Under the pieces are notes generated by a model, which saw only the letters and a list, made by a program, of their open reading frames with translations, was not told the origin of the DNA and did no database searches. This document shows positions 1 to 12,534 of a stretch of 64,000 bases of DNA, piece after piece; the first letter of the stretch is position 1, and each line of letters begins with the position of its first letter. The stretch lies in NCBI GenBank assembly GCA_009914755.4, contig CP086569.2:14016001-14080000 (forward strand). The letters are read 5' to 3'. This DNA comes from the human T2T-CHM13v2.0 reference genome, Homo sapiens. A program made the translations under genes and the position numbers.

Positions 1-429
1 TTCATTGTTATCTACTGAATATGTTTGCTAAGGACAGAACTTTTAAGGACCTAAATTATCCAGGAATTTTTGTTGCAGTTCTTCACCTTTTTTTTTCAAT
101 ATCCTGATGTTGTCTATTATTAAAATATGAGCCTGCTTAGTCTTTCAGGTAACAACTCTCACTCTTTCTCTCTTTATGTAGCAGAGCCTAGTATGCAGTT
201 AAATTATGATGTTCAATATCCTTCTTTTTTATTCACCAGAATTGCCCTCATATTATTGTGAGCCAAATCAACTGGGGAAAGGGACATTATAAAAGTTATA
301 TGCAGTATTTCTATTCTTTTTTTATAAATTAGTAGAAAAAAAAAGAAAATGAAAGCTGTAAAAAGCACTGATGGCCTTTAGTATCTTTTCTTAATAAAAA
401 ATATTTGCAAATGTCAGCAAATAAAATGT

Positions 430-1288
430 CTAATTTTATATTATTCAAGCTATTAAAGGCAGCTTTTAAAAATTGATATATAATATTTTTATATATTTAT
501 GTGGTACATATCATATTTTGTCATATGCATAGAAGGTGTAAGAATCCAGTCTCTATATCTGGGGTGTCTATCACCTCAAGGACTTGCATGTCAGAAATAC
601 CCCAAGTCCTCTCATCTAGTTATTTTGAAATATGCAGTTCTTTGTTTTTAACAAAGTTACATTACTCTGCCATTAAACATTAGAGCTTATTTCTCCTATC
701 TTACTGTATATTTGTATCCATTAGCCAACGACCTTTTTATCCCTCCACATTTTACCCATCCTATATACAATGGAAATGTGTATATATACACACAATGATA
801 TATACATATATATAATTCAAGATCATATTTTCTTTTTTCATTCATACACCAGTAAACACTTAGGATGATTCCATATTTTGCTGTTTGAATAGTGCTGCAA
901 TAAACATGAGAGTGCATGTATCCCTTCAATATACTGAATTAGTTTACTTGGGGCATATACCCAAAGTAGGATTGTTCAATCATATGACAGTTCTATCTTT
1001 TGTTTTTTGTGATTTTTTTTTGAGAAATCACTATACTGTTTCCAATGTGGTTTGTAGTAATTTACATTTTCACCAGCAGTGTTTGAGTCCCCTTTTCTCA
1101 ATATCCTTGCCAGTAATTGTTATTTTTCAACTTTTTAATAATAATCATTTTAACTGGGGTAAGATGATATCATATTTTTGTTTTGATTTTTATTTCTCTG
1201 ATGATTAGTGATGTTGACAATTTGAAAAGTATACCTTTTGGCCATTTGCATGTCTTGAGACAATTCTGTTGACATACTATGCCCACTA
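430..1288 (-). mobile_element. L1 (older, L1PB/L1MA-like) 3' UTR and ORF2 3' end; distal segment of the nested full-length L1 that continues at 2198
   Basis: Antisense L1 3' UTR motifs (tggtacatatcatattttg). Antisense ORF2 3'-end sequence (gtgctgcaataaacatgag..., cagtaattgttatttttcaac) is collinear with the young L1 at 21.6 kb. Spacing across the Alu cluster fits one element. The 3' boundary is uncertain. Confidence 0.55.
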
Positions 1289-1875
<587 letters not shown>

Positions 1876-1897
1876 ATGTGTTCATTATTTAATGTAA

Positions 1898-2197
1898 AAA
1901 AATTTTTTTTTGAGACAGAGTCTTACTTTGTTGCCCAGGCTGGAGTGCAGTGGTGAGATCTTGGCTCACTGCAACCTCTGCCCTCCGGGTTCAAGCAATT
2001 CTTCCTGCCTCAGCCTCCTGGGTAGCTGGAATTACAGGTGACTGCTACTATGCCCAGCTAATTTTTTGTATTTTTTTTTAGTAGAGACACAGTTTCACCA
2101 TGTTGACCAGGCTGGTCTCTAACTCCTGACGTTGTGATTTTCGTGCTTTGGACTCCCAAAGTGCTGGAATTACAAGCATGAGCCACCATGCCTGGCC
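1898..2197 (-). mobile_element. Alu (full length, antisense)
   Basis: A poly-T then gagacagagtcttactttgttgcccaggctggagtgcag, running through to tacaagcatgagccaccatgcctggcc. Confidence 0.9.
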
Positions 2198-3325
2198 AAT
2201 ATAAATCTTTTTAACTGCTGAATTGTTTGAGTTTCATATATATTCTGAATACTAGTCCCTTGTTGATGAACAGCTTACAAATATTTTCTTTCATTCAATA
2301 GATTGTTTCTTCACTCTGTTGTTTCCTTTCCTGTACAGAAGTTTTTTAGTTTAATACTATCCAATTTGTCTATTTTTGGTTTTGTTTCCCATGCTTTTTG
2401 ATGTTTTAGCCATAAAATATTTGCCGAGGTCAATGTCCTGAAGTATTTTTCCTATGTTTTCTTTTAGTAGTTTTATAGTATGAGTCTTACATTTAAGTCT
2501 GTTATCTACCTTTAGTTGATTTTTGTACATGGTAAAGATAGCCATGCAGTTTTATTCTTCTTTATGTGGATATCCAGTTTTTCCAGCACCATTTATTGAA
2601 GAGGTGTTCTTTCTCCAATGCATGTTCTTGGATTCTTTGTTAAAAAACACTCTTGGCAGTAAATACACAGATCTACATTTGGGTTCTGAATTCTCTTTCA
2701 TTGGTCTGTCTGTTTTTACACAATACAATTCCATTTAGGTCAATGTATCCTTGTAATACATTTTGAAGTCAGGTACTGTGATGCCGTTAGTTTTGTTTGT
2801 TTTGCTCAGAGTTGCTTTGGCTCTTTGGTCTCTATCAGTTTCATACAAATTTTAGTATTTTTTTTTCTATTTCTATTGAAAATAACATTGATATTTTGAT
2901 ACAGACTGCATTGAATCTGTAGATGGCTTCTAGTAGTATGGTCATTTTAATGATGTCAATTCTTTTGATCAATGACATGCAATGTTTTTCCCTTTGTGTC
3001 CTCTTCAATTTCTTTCATCAGTGTTTTATAAGTTTCTTTCTAGAGGTCATTCACTTCTAGACTTCTAGAGGCCCTGTCTTTAAGGTGGTCACCGAAGTTG
3101 GGGTTTGTTTCTTTTAGTAGCTACTGTAAATAGGATTTTCTTCTTAATGTTTTTCTCAGCTGGATCATTATTAGGATACAGAAATGCTACTGATTTCTCT
3201 CTGTTGACTTTGTATCCTGCAACTTTATTGAATTTATATATAAGATCTAAGAGTTTTTTGGTTAGGTATTTAGGTTTTAATAGTTACAAAAAAATCATCT
3301 GCATTGAAGGACAATATATTTCTAT

Positions 3326-3812
3326 TGGAACAGGAATTAAAAGAAATTAAAGAATGCGTAAGCAAAAACTCAGTTGTATATAAGAAAACCCAATTTCCCC
3401 TGAGGAAGAGAAAGAGCTGGAGTCCTTTCAAATTAACTGCCTGTTTTTCTCTCTGTGGCTAGTGAGCCTTCTCTCTCCCTTTCCAGGCATTGTGAAGACC
3501 CTGCTTCTCTAGCTGAGCAGCTGCAAGGTCACTAGACAGATAATCTCAAGTCACAAAACATGTTTTTCCTTGAAAAGTAAGAAATGATGAATGCATGTCT
3601 TCACTGAGTAACTGTCTTTGTTTCTCGCTTTTGTAATATGATTCTTGCTGCACAGATCTCCTCCTGCCCCACAAAATGTTTAAAGGTAGCTTGACTCTTT
3701 GTTCAGGGCTCAGTCCTTTGGATGTTAATCTGACTGGGTCAGTGCACCTAAATAATTTAATAATTCCTCCTCAACCACTTGGTCTCTCTGATTCCTTAAT
3801 CATCCAGCAGCA
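3326..3812 (+). repeat. HERV 5' LTR
   Basis: Aligns with 12535-13018. Starts TG and ends CA. A TATATAAG motif lies at ~3389. Confidence 0.8.
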
Positions 3813-3845
3813 TTTCTAGTGGCTCAGATGGGGATTGGAGATGAC
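3813..3845 (+). promoter_or_regulatory. Putative primer-binding-site region downstream of the 5' LTR (tttctagtggctcagatggggattggag). tRNA identity not determined.
   Basis: Sits immediately 3' of the LTR end. It contains TGG.. but matches no PBS I can name with certainty. Confidence 0.25.
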
Positions 3846-4324
3846 AGATTTACTGTCTCCTTTGCCTGCAGGACTAGAGCCCTGGGGCCAGGGTAGACCC
3901 AGCATCCACGGTGCACCACAGGGGAGCTTCATCTGGATGGAGACCAGCTCTCCCTGCATCCTGGTGCTCTGCCTGGCAGTGCAGTGGAACCAGGGATGGA
4001 GCTGCAGGATGATACCAGAACTTCAGGAACTGCGGTAAGGAGAAAGGGCCCAAGGCAGGAAAGCCCATCCCATAGGGACGAAGGGGAGCTTGATAACCTC
4101 CCAGGGACCGACCACTAATCCAACCCAGAGTGGCTGGGGGTGGCAGGAGTGGTCTGCCAATTTGGATGAACCTCATGTCCCCCTAACAAGTAAAAGTGGT
4201 TCACTGGTGGAGAAAATGGGCTGATAGAGCGGCAAGTCCAGTAAGGAAGAGCTTGCTGGCAGAGTGGCAAGAATGGCTTCATCCCAACTGAGAGTGTGTG
4301 GGTGTTTGTGGGTGTGTGTGGACC

Positions 4325-4500
4325 TACCCAGGACATGAGAGAGGATTGTTTTATCTGATGAGGAGTCCTGGGGTAGGACTGGTGTGTATGTGTGTGAATG
4401 TGGGAGCCTAACTAGACTACCCAGAACATGGGAGAGGCCTGTTTCATCTAATGAGAAGTCCTGGGGCAGAGAAAGTGTATGAAAGTGTGTGAAAGAGACA
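4325..4500 (+). repeat. Tandem duplication (~90-bp unit x2) in the proviral leader
   Basis: acccaggacatgagagaggattgttttatctgatgaggagtcctggggtagg... is followed by acccagaacatgggagaggcctgtttcatctaatgagaagtcctggggcag... Confidence 0.5.
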
Positions 4501-5414
4501 GTCTCAGGAGAGGCCAATGCAGGGAGTGATGTGTGGAGGCACAGATCGTTTAGCATGGGTTGTGTGCTCCGAGGTGAGTGTGGGGGAAATCAGACCTAGG
4601 ACATTGCTTATGGCTGATAGGACCAGGTCCATGGCTGCAGCAGGCTGTGAGAGGGAAAGGCATGTTCCTGGCTAAGCAATGTCTGAAACTCCCATAATAA
4701 GACCCAGTCTGGTAGACCTGAGAGTGAAAGTGCATCACAAGGGAAGAAATGGGAGGAAAAGCATTGAAACCAACTCCTTTGGAGTGCATGATAAAGAATT
4801 TTAAAACAGGATTTAGAGGTCATTATGGGATGAAACTGTCCTTAACAGTATATCAAAAGTTAAGGACATACTGTGAGATAGATTGGCCTGCTTTTAATGT
4901 GGGGTGGTCCCCTGAAGGTACAATAGACTGGAAATTAATTGGCCATGCGTTTAAGGTGGTCGCTGGAGTTGGAGGACAACCAGAATAATCAGACCAGTTT
5001 CCCTATAAAGACTCTTGGCTCATTGTGTCACAACCTCACCCCAAGTGGCTACAGCCCTGCCTAGAGGGATACTGCAAGGTATTAGTGGCTTGGGCAGACC
5101 AACCAAAGGAAGCAGAGGAACCTAAAGCCCCTAGAGTCTCTCACAAAAAGGAATCCTCAAAGCCTCACCTGAAACCATTCTTCAGGCTCCATCTGAGGAA
5201 AGGGAATGTCCACCCCCTATATGTGCCCGTCTACCTGTCTTTGGCCAGAATAAGGCAGGAGGCAGAGTCAGGAGCATCCACAGAGTCAGGCTGAGAGGAA
5301 AGTGAGGCCCAGTCTCCCCTCACCCCAGAGGAACAAAAGCCTCCCTTAGAAAAAAACCAGGAAGATGGACAGAGCAAGGCAGCTGGGTGCCTCCGCTCAG
5401 GCTGACCACAGGCT

Positions 5415-5830
5415 TTGCAGATGCCACTTCGAGAGAACAGGACACAAGTTTATGATGACCAAGGGCAGATACAAGGAGGCTCTAGGCTTTATGTTTATCA
5501 GCCTTTCTCCACTACTGATCTCTTAAATTGGAAACAGCATGCCCCCTTGTATGCAGAAAAGCCTCAGGCTGTCATTGATTTGGTGAATTCTATTATTATA
5601 ACACAAAACCCAACCTGGCCAGATTGTCAACTACTTTTGCTAACTTTAATACAGAGGAGCATAGGAGAGTTAATCAGGCAGCTCTCAGCTGGTTAGAAGG
5701 GGAAGCCCCAGAGGCCACCCGTAACCCATGCCAGTTCTCCGTGGAGCGATACCCAAATGAGGACCCTAACTGGGACCCAAATGAGGCTGGGGACATGGAA
5801 CAGCTGCATTATATAGAAGGGCACTCCTGA
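5415..5830 (+). pseudogene. gag: gag capsid (p30-like) remnant
   Basis: The translation QPFSTTDLLNWKQHAPLYAEKPQAVIDLVNSIIITQNPTWPDCQLLLLTL resembles the MLV CA major homology region neighbourhood. A frameshift lies between ORF 5415..5696 and ORF 5624..5830. Confidence 0.7.
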
Positions 5831-6302
5831 ACAGGATAAAAGCAGGAGGAAGGAAGGCATTGAATATCCATAACATATCAGAAGTGGGCCAAAAGCCTGA
5901 TGAAAGCCGCAGTGCATTCTATGAAAGGCTTTGTGAGGCATAGAGGCTGTACACTCCAATTATTCCAGAGGCTCCTGAAAACCAAAATATGATAAATATG
6001 ACCTTTGTCAGGCAAGCTCAGGGAGACATAATATGAAAGCTTCAGAAGTTGGAAGGCTTTTCAGGGAAAAATATTAGTAAACTCCTGGAAATAGCAAACA
6101 AAGTATTAAAAAACTGGGAAGAAGAGGCAGAGAAAAAGGAAGAAAGAAAAACGAGAAATAGAAACAAAGAGACAGCTCAATTTCTGCTGCACTAGCAGAA
6201 AGTAACCCTGGACTTGTTAGAGGGTGAGGCCGAGGCAGAGGCCAAGGAACAGGGCAGACAAGACCCAGAGATGAAAGCCAGTCCCAGTTGGACAGGAATC
6301 AA

Positions 6303-6344
6303 TGTGAAAGGTGCAGGCAAATGGGCCACTGGAAAGATGAGTGC
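6303..6344 (+). pseudogene. gag: gag nucleocapsid CCHC zinc knuckle (CERCRQMGHWKDEC)
   Basis: C-X2-C-X4-H-X4-C in the +1 frame relative to ORF 6214..6441, followed by the acidic stretch EKEKDDDGQW. Confidence 0.65.
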
Positions 6345-6479
6345 CCTGAAAAGGAAAAGGATGATGATGGTCAGTGGTCTAACACCCAAGTGCGGTGTTA
6401 GGTTGCTAGCAGTGGTACTTCCAAGGCAGATCCCGATCTGATCGGCTTGGCAGGGGCTGAGAATTTAGAGGACTCAGAC

Positions 6480-6700
6480 AGACCAGGCTCCATCCTTTTA
6501 GGCCTTGTGGAGCCTATGGTCTCTATGGAAGTAGGGGGCCGATTAATGAATGGATTTTTTGGTCAATACTGGTGCTGATTTCTCTGTGGTAACTCACCCA
6601 ATTAGCCCCTCCTCAAAGAACTGTGCTACTATCATAGGGGCTAGAGAGGCCAAAGAAAAGAGACCTTTTTGCAATTCCAGGAGACACGTTATTGAGGGAT
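6480..6700 (+). pseudogene. pro: protease remnant, active-site motif LVNTGADFSVV (catalytic Asp replaced by Asn) at 6562-6579
   Basis: Translation of ttg gtc aat act ggt gct gat ttc tct gtg gta. The retroviral aspartic-protease signature is L-V-D-T-G-A. Confidence 0.6.
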
Positions 6701-6999
6701 AAGAAGTGCAGCATGGTTTCTATATAAGCCAAATTGCCCAGTGCCTTTGTAAGGGAGAGACTTACTCCAGAAACTGCAGGCACAAATTTCCTTTACACCT
6801 GAAGGGAATACGACACCGGAATTTGGAAAGTCTAAGGCAATGGTATTGATTCTAACTGTCCCAGAGGCTGAGGAATGGCAGCTCTCTGAACTGTGTGCCA
6901 GAAGGACCTACACAGTATGTAGGGAATGCTTTTCAAGGTTCCAGGTGTATGGGCTGAGGACAATCCTCCTGGACTTGCTGTAAACAGACACCCAGTGGT

Positions 7000-8520
7000 A
7001 ATAGAGCTTAACACTCATGCTGCCCTGGTATGAGTCTGTCAATACCCCCTACCCAAAGAGGTAATTGAAGGCATAACACAACATCTAAATCGGCTCTATG
7101 AACAAGGGATTATAGTAAAATGCAAGTCCTCTTGGAATACTCCTCTGCAGCCTGTGCACAAGCCAAATGGTGAATACAGGCCAGTGCAGGACTTCTGGGT
7201 GGCAAACAAGGCCACTGTCACTATCTATGCCATAGTACCCAACCCATACACCATGTTAGGACAGATTCCTGCTGAGGCCATGTGGTTCATGTGTCTAGAC
7301 TTAAAGGATGTTTTCTTTGCTTGAGACTTGCTCCCCAAAGTCAGCCTATATTTGCCTTCCAGTGGGGGCAATTGTAATATACCTGGACAAGACTGCCACA
7401 AGGATTTAAGAATTCTCCCATTATCTTTGAGGACGCTTTGGCTACCAACCTTGAAGCTTTTGCACCATTTAGTGACAATTCTGTGGTATTACAATACATT
7501 CATGATTTGCTATTCGCTGCCCCCAGGAGGGAGGAATATCTCCAAGGAATAGAGAGGCTTCTTCACCTGCTGTGTGAAGCTGGTTACAAAGTGTCCAAGG
7601 ACAAGGCAAAAGTCTGTTTTCTGGAGGTTGGATATCTAGGATTCATGGTATCCCAAAGCCTGCACAGGCTTGGAAGTGCATGCAAGGAGGCTTTATGTGC
7701 ATTGCCCACCTCAGTTACAAGGCAGCAGGTCAGGGAATTTCTGGGTGCAGTGAGATTGTGCCAAATCTGGATTCCAAACTTCTCCCTTATAGCAAGGCCC
7801 TTATTTGAGGCTAGCAAAGGAAAGGAAAGAGAGCCCCTCCTATGGGAAAAAGAATAGGAAAAGGCCTTCAAGGATATAAAGGAAGCTCTCATCCAGGCCC
7901 CAGCACTAGGGTTGCCAGATGTTAAAAAACCCTTCTTTTTGTATGTGGATGAATGAAAGGGAATGTTATTTGGAGTCTTAACTCAGTTGTTAGGCTCTTG
8001 GTATCAGCCAGTAGCATACTTTTATCCAAGAGACTGGACTTGGTGGCCTTAGGTTGGCCCATTGCCTCAGGGCACTGGCAGCTACTGCGATCCTTATAGA
8101 AGATGCCAACAAGCTAGCCCTAGGTCAGAAGATAATATTCCGGGTGCCACACACTGTAGTCACCTTAATGGGGCAAAGAGGACGTCGTTGGCTGTCCCAC
8201 TCTAGAATGCTAAAGTATCAAGTGCTTCTGTGTGAGAATCTGCGGGTAACACTACAGACTAAATGCCTTGAACCCAACTACCCTGCTGCCTGTGGAGGAA
8301 CCCAATTGGAAACATGGTGGGTTGCCTCAATGCTGGCAGGACCTTCCCCACTGTTGCATAAATATGGTGGATGAAGTGTTCTTGAGCTGGGAAGATCTCA
8401 GAGATACCCGCTTGGAGAGCCCAGATGTTGAATACTTCACTGATGGTAGCAGTTTCATAACAGATGGGGTGTGATATGCAGGGTATAAAGTAGTAACACA
8501 ACACTCGGTAGTTGAGGCTC
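7000..8520 (+). pseudogene. pol: pol reverse transcriptase / RNase H remnant. The YVDD box reads YIHD at 7495-7506. An RNase H FTDGSSF motif lies near 8440.
   Basis: ORF 7438..7857 (...VLQYIHDLLFAA...WIPNFSLIARPL...), ORF 8054..8374 and ORF 8268..8474 (...VEYFTDGSSFITDG). Several frameshifts and stops. Confidence 0.75.
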
Positions 8521-8940
8521 AAGCCTTAACTTCTGGGACTTCCGCTCAGAGGGCTGAATTAATAGCATTAACTAGAGCACTGTTATTGGCCAAGAGGAAG
8601 AAAGTAAGTATATATACTGACTCAAGATATGTTTTTGCAACCCTACACGACCATGGGGCAATATAAAAAGAGAGAGGACTATTGACTACTGAAGGAAATG
8701 ATATAAAAAATAAAGAAGAAATTTTGCAATTAATAGAAGACATATGGGCTCCAGAGAAGGTGGCTGTCATTCATTGCAAAGGGCACTAAATCAGGAAAGG
8801 CTATGAGGCACAGGGCAACAGATAGGCAGACCAAGAGGCTCAGCAGGCAGCAATGAGCAAGGTTTTACCTGAAGAAAGAACTCCAGCAATGCCTCTCCTT
8901 ATAGAGCCCCCTTTACTTGAGGTACCCAATTACTCTTTAA

Positions 8941-9900
8941 GTGAAAAAGCTTGGTTTCATCACGAAACAGGAAACATATATTAAAGATAGTTGGTGGCTG
9001 TTCTCTGACGGGAGGCTAGCCATCCCTGAAACAATAGCCCCAAGGTTTGTGAAGCAGATCCATCAAGGAACACACATTGGAAGGACGGCCCTAGAGATTT
9101 TGATAGGTCAGCATTTCTATGTACCATGGCTGTCTGCAATCACCCATGCTGTTTGTGAACAATGTCTATCCTGTGCCTAGAATAATCCAAGACAAGAACC
9201 TACTTGATCCCCTGGAATACAGGAAGTGGGAGCTGTGCCTTGTGAGAACCTGCTTATAGACTTTACCAAGTTACCTCAAGCAGGAGGTTACTGGTATATG
9301 CTAGTGTTTGTTTGCACCTTCTTGGGATGTGTTGAGGCCTTCCCAACCAGGAATGAAAAGGCACGAGAGGTGACAAAGGTAATATTAAAAGACATCATAC
9401 CAAGATTTAGGTTGACTTTAATCCTAGGATCAGACAATGTCCTGCATTTGTGGCAGAGTTAGTACAACAGTTGACTTAACTTTTAAAGATCAAATGGAAA
9501 CAGCATACAGCCTCCTCACCACAGAGATTAGGGAAGGTGAAACAGATGAAACAGACACTCAAACAGCTACTAAAAAAGTTTTGCCAGGAAACTCACTTAC
9601 AATGGGATCAGGTCTTGCCCATGGTCCTCCTCCAGGTCAGGTGTACACCTACAAAACAAACTAGGTATTTGTCCTATGACATATTGCTCAGAAGGCCATC
9701 CCCAATCATTATCAAATTAGAGGTGATTTAAAGGAGGTAGGAGAGTTAACACTTAAGAGACAGATGCAGGCTTTAGGAGTGGCAATGAAGGAGGTGCAAA
9801 GCTAGGTAAGAGAAAGGATACCTATAAGTCTAACAGACCTAGTGCATCCACATAAGCCAGGGGACTCTGTCTGGGTTAAAAGGTGGAATCCAACAACCTG
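8941..9900 (+). pseudogene. pol: pol integrase remnant (HHCC zinc-binding N-terminus, catalytic core LIDFT...FVCTF...GSDN)
   Basis: ORF 8941..9180 (H-X3-H...C-X2-C). ORF 9226..9462 aligns to the MLV IN core (...IDFTE...LVFIDTFSGWIEAFPTK...GTDNGPAF...); the second catalytic D reads as C. The reading is broken by stops. Confidence 0.7.
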
Positions 9901-10253
9901 GGGACCCTTAAGGGATGGGCCCCATATTGTAATCATGTCTACTCCCACTGCTCTTAAAGTTGCAGGTGTCACACCTTGGATTCACCATAGCTGGCTGAAA
10001 CCAGCAGCAGCAGTGACTCCGATGAAACCAGTGGATTAGCCAACAAGACTCAGATCGCCCCACCTGAATAGTCCTACGGCAAAACCCAACCATTGGTAAG
10101 AAGGACAACTGTCCTGCTCCAACCACACCAGAGGCTGGTCAGTCTACGCATGGCTGAAGCTTGAAGATCCTGCAAGCTCTGCTCTAGTCACGTCCAGGGA
10201 GCTAACTAGTGAATGCACAGCCGAAGCTAAAGGTCATCTCTGTATAAGTAAAT

Positions 10254-11892
10254 TTGGATACAATTCATAACCCTAGTTATAATTCTGTTAATACTGATTG
10301 TTCTGTTGTTACATTACCACTGCAAATGCTGCCAATGTCTATGCCCAGAGGGAGGTTTGCCATGTCCATGTGCAGTGTAAGCATGTTTCTATTACATACA
10401 CTGATGTTGTTATCATTTCTGCCTATATTAAAAGGGGAGGAATCTCTAGAAAGATGCCCACACTGTGTACATACTACCTGGGTAAGGAATACCTTAGTTA
10501 AAACTCTACTGTACCATACCTACAGTACAGGAACCAAGTTAGGAACCTGCGCATACAACCAGATCACCTCTTCAGTCTGTGACCCAGGAAATAATCAGCT
10601 GCATGCATGTCATGACCCTAAGCGCTTACCCTATGAATTCTGGTTTGAGGTACACATTAACAGAAGGAGAAAAAGAAGGAGAGCTAATAGCTTGAATCAA
10701 AGAAGGCCCTCCATCCTACAAAAGATCTACTTCTTTGTACTTTGATGCCTGTCATGCCACATATGTTTATAATCCTGTAAAACCAAAAGCAGTCTGCAAT
10801 GGTTTAACACAAGACAGGATTAGCAACAGCAGCCCTAAACATCTGTACTGAGAACCACAAATTGGATGCCCAGACTGTAACATTCTGTGGTCTATGCTAA
10901 CACAGCTCCAACACTTATATTCAGGAAGGACTGCTCTGCTAAGTAGTATGTCAGCCAAACCAAATTGTAAGACAAGGACATGCAGTCCTTTAAATTTTAC
11001 TATCATATAGCCAGAGCTACCTTTCTGGTCTACAGGACAGACAGCAGCATTATGAGTTGATAGACAAGGAGCAGGCCTTGGAGTTCCACTACTAATTGTC
11101 AAAAAGACTAGAAGGACTCAAATGTGTCCAACCCTGCAATTCTGGGTCCATAAGTCATTCTGTAAGCATTTTGATCAGTCAGTGCCTGAGCTTCCCCTAT
11201 CAACCAAAAACTTATTTGCTCAACTAGCTGAAAACATAGCTGGCAGCTTAGGAATTTCCTCATGCTATGTAAGTGAAGGAACTCATATGGGGGACCAGCG
11301 GCAATGGGAGGCAAAGGAATTAATGCCACAACATAAATTCACTTTGCCTAATCCTGCCAGTGAACCAACAGCCTCAGCTAGTGTTTGGTTGTTAAAAACC
11401 TCCATAATTGGAAAGTACTGTATCGCCTGTTGGGGAAAGGCTTTCACAGAGGCAATGGGAAAAACAATAAGCCTAGGGCAACAGTATTATGATGAGAGTA
11501 AAAACAAAACTCTACGGAGAAACTCCCAGAACGACTCCTAGTTACCAGATCCAAATGCTTTCTCTTGATTCTCTACCCTAAGCCACTCTTGGCATCAGCT
11601 AAAGACTCCAAATGCTTGGAAAGCACCCTCTGGCCTATATTGGGTCTGTGGAGCATGGGCATATCGGCAACTGCTGGCTAAATGGACAGGGGCATGTGTG
11701 TTAGAAACAATCAAGCCATCCCTCTTTTTAATTCCTCTAAAGCAAGGGGAACTCTTAGGGTATCCAGTTTATGATGAAAATAAAAGAACTAGAAAAAGCA
11801 TAATGACAAAAATAGACACAAATGTCAAAAAGGATGCAGACATAGGAGACTGGAAGGATAATGAATGGCCTCCTGAAAGAATCATTAAATAG
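10254..11892 (+). pseudogene. env: env surface (SU) subunit remnant
   Basis: ORFs 10254..10745, 11122..11541 and 11698..11892 are collinear upstream of the TM, Cys-rich, with a basic stretch (NKRTRKS) before the TM. Fragmented by stops. Confidence 0.55.
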
Positions 11893-11949
11893 TATGGGCC
11901 CGCTATCTGAGCGCAAGTTGGGTCATGGGAATACCGCACCCCAATCTAT

Positions 11950-12378
11950 ATGCTCAACCGCATCATAAGGTTGCAGGCAGTCCTTGAAATAATAACCAAT
12001 GAAATGTCAAGGAAACTAGATTTATTGATAACACAAGCAACACAAATGAGAAATGCTACATATCAGAATAGATTGGCTTTAGATTACCTCTTAGCCTCAG
12101 AAGGAGGAGTATGTGGAAAATTTAATTTAACCAGTTGTTGCCTAGAAATGGATGATAATGGCCAAGCTCTAATGGAAACCACAGCTAGAATGTCCAAGTT
12201 GGCCCATGTTCCAGTTCAGACTTGGTCTGGATGGTCCCTGGATTCCTTGTTTGGAGGATGGTTCTCAATGTTTGGGGGATTCAAAACCCTCATTGGTGGG
12301 TTTTTGTTTATTCTTGGCATCTGCCTCATCCTCCCTTGCCTTTTACCCCTGTATATTAGGAGTATTTGTCAACTATAG
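11950..12378 (+). CDS. env: env transmembrane (TM) subunit ORF, 142 aa without internal stops: immunosuppressive-domain-like [26 protein letters not shown] (CX6CC) plus membrane anchor
   Basis: ORF 11950..12378. The CKS17-like motif and C-X6-CC are hallmarks of gamma-type TM, and the sequence is close to my recollection of ERV3-type TM. The hydrophobic stretch [21 protein letters not shown] follows. Confidence 0.7.
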
Positions 12379-12510
12379 AGGCAGTAGTAACCCGAAACAC
12401 TACCATGCTATTGACGGCATTAACCAAATATCAGCCACTGCCAATAAAAGAAACAGCTCAGCTCCGGGAAGAGATGGCAAATAGTGGTGCTTTCTATTAA
12501 CATCTTTGTT

Positions 12511-12534
12511 TTAAAAAGCACCAAATGGGGGAAA
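12511..12534 (+). promoter_or_regulatory. polypurine tract immediately upstream of the 3' LTR (aaagcaccaaatgggggaaa)
   Basis: A purine-rich run abuts the TG start of the 3' LTR. Confidence 0.5.

Noticed and set aside
3389-3396. TATATAAG in the 5' LTR as the proviral promoter TATA box
   Set aside because: It lies only ~65 bp from the LTR start, which would imply an unusually short U3. Without a family consensus I cannot place U3/R/U5 boundaries, so I did not annotate it as a promoter.
3813-3845. Assigning the primer-binding site to a specific tRNA (which would name the HERV family)
   Set aside because: The 18 nt after the LTR (tttctagtggctcagatg) does not match any tRNA 3' end I can recall with confidence. 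I left the family call to the env/pol similarity only.
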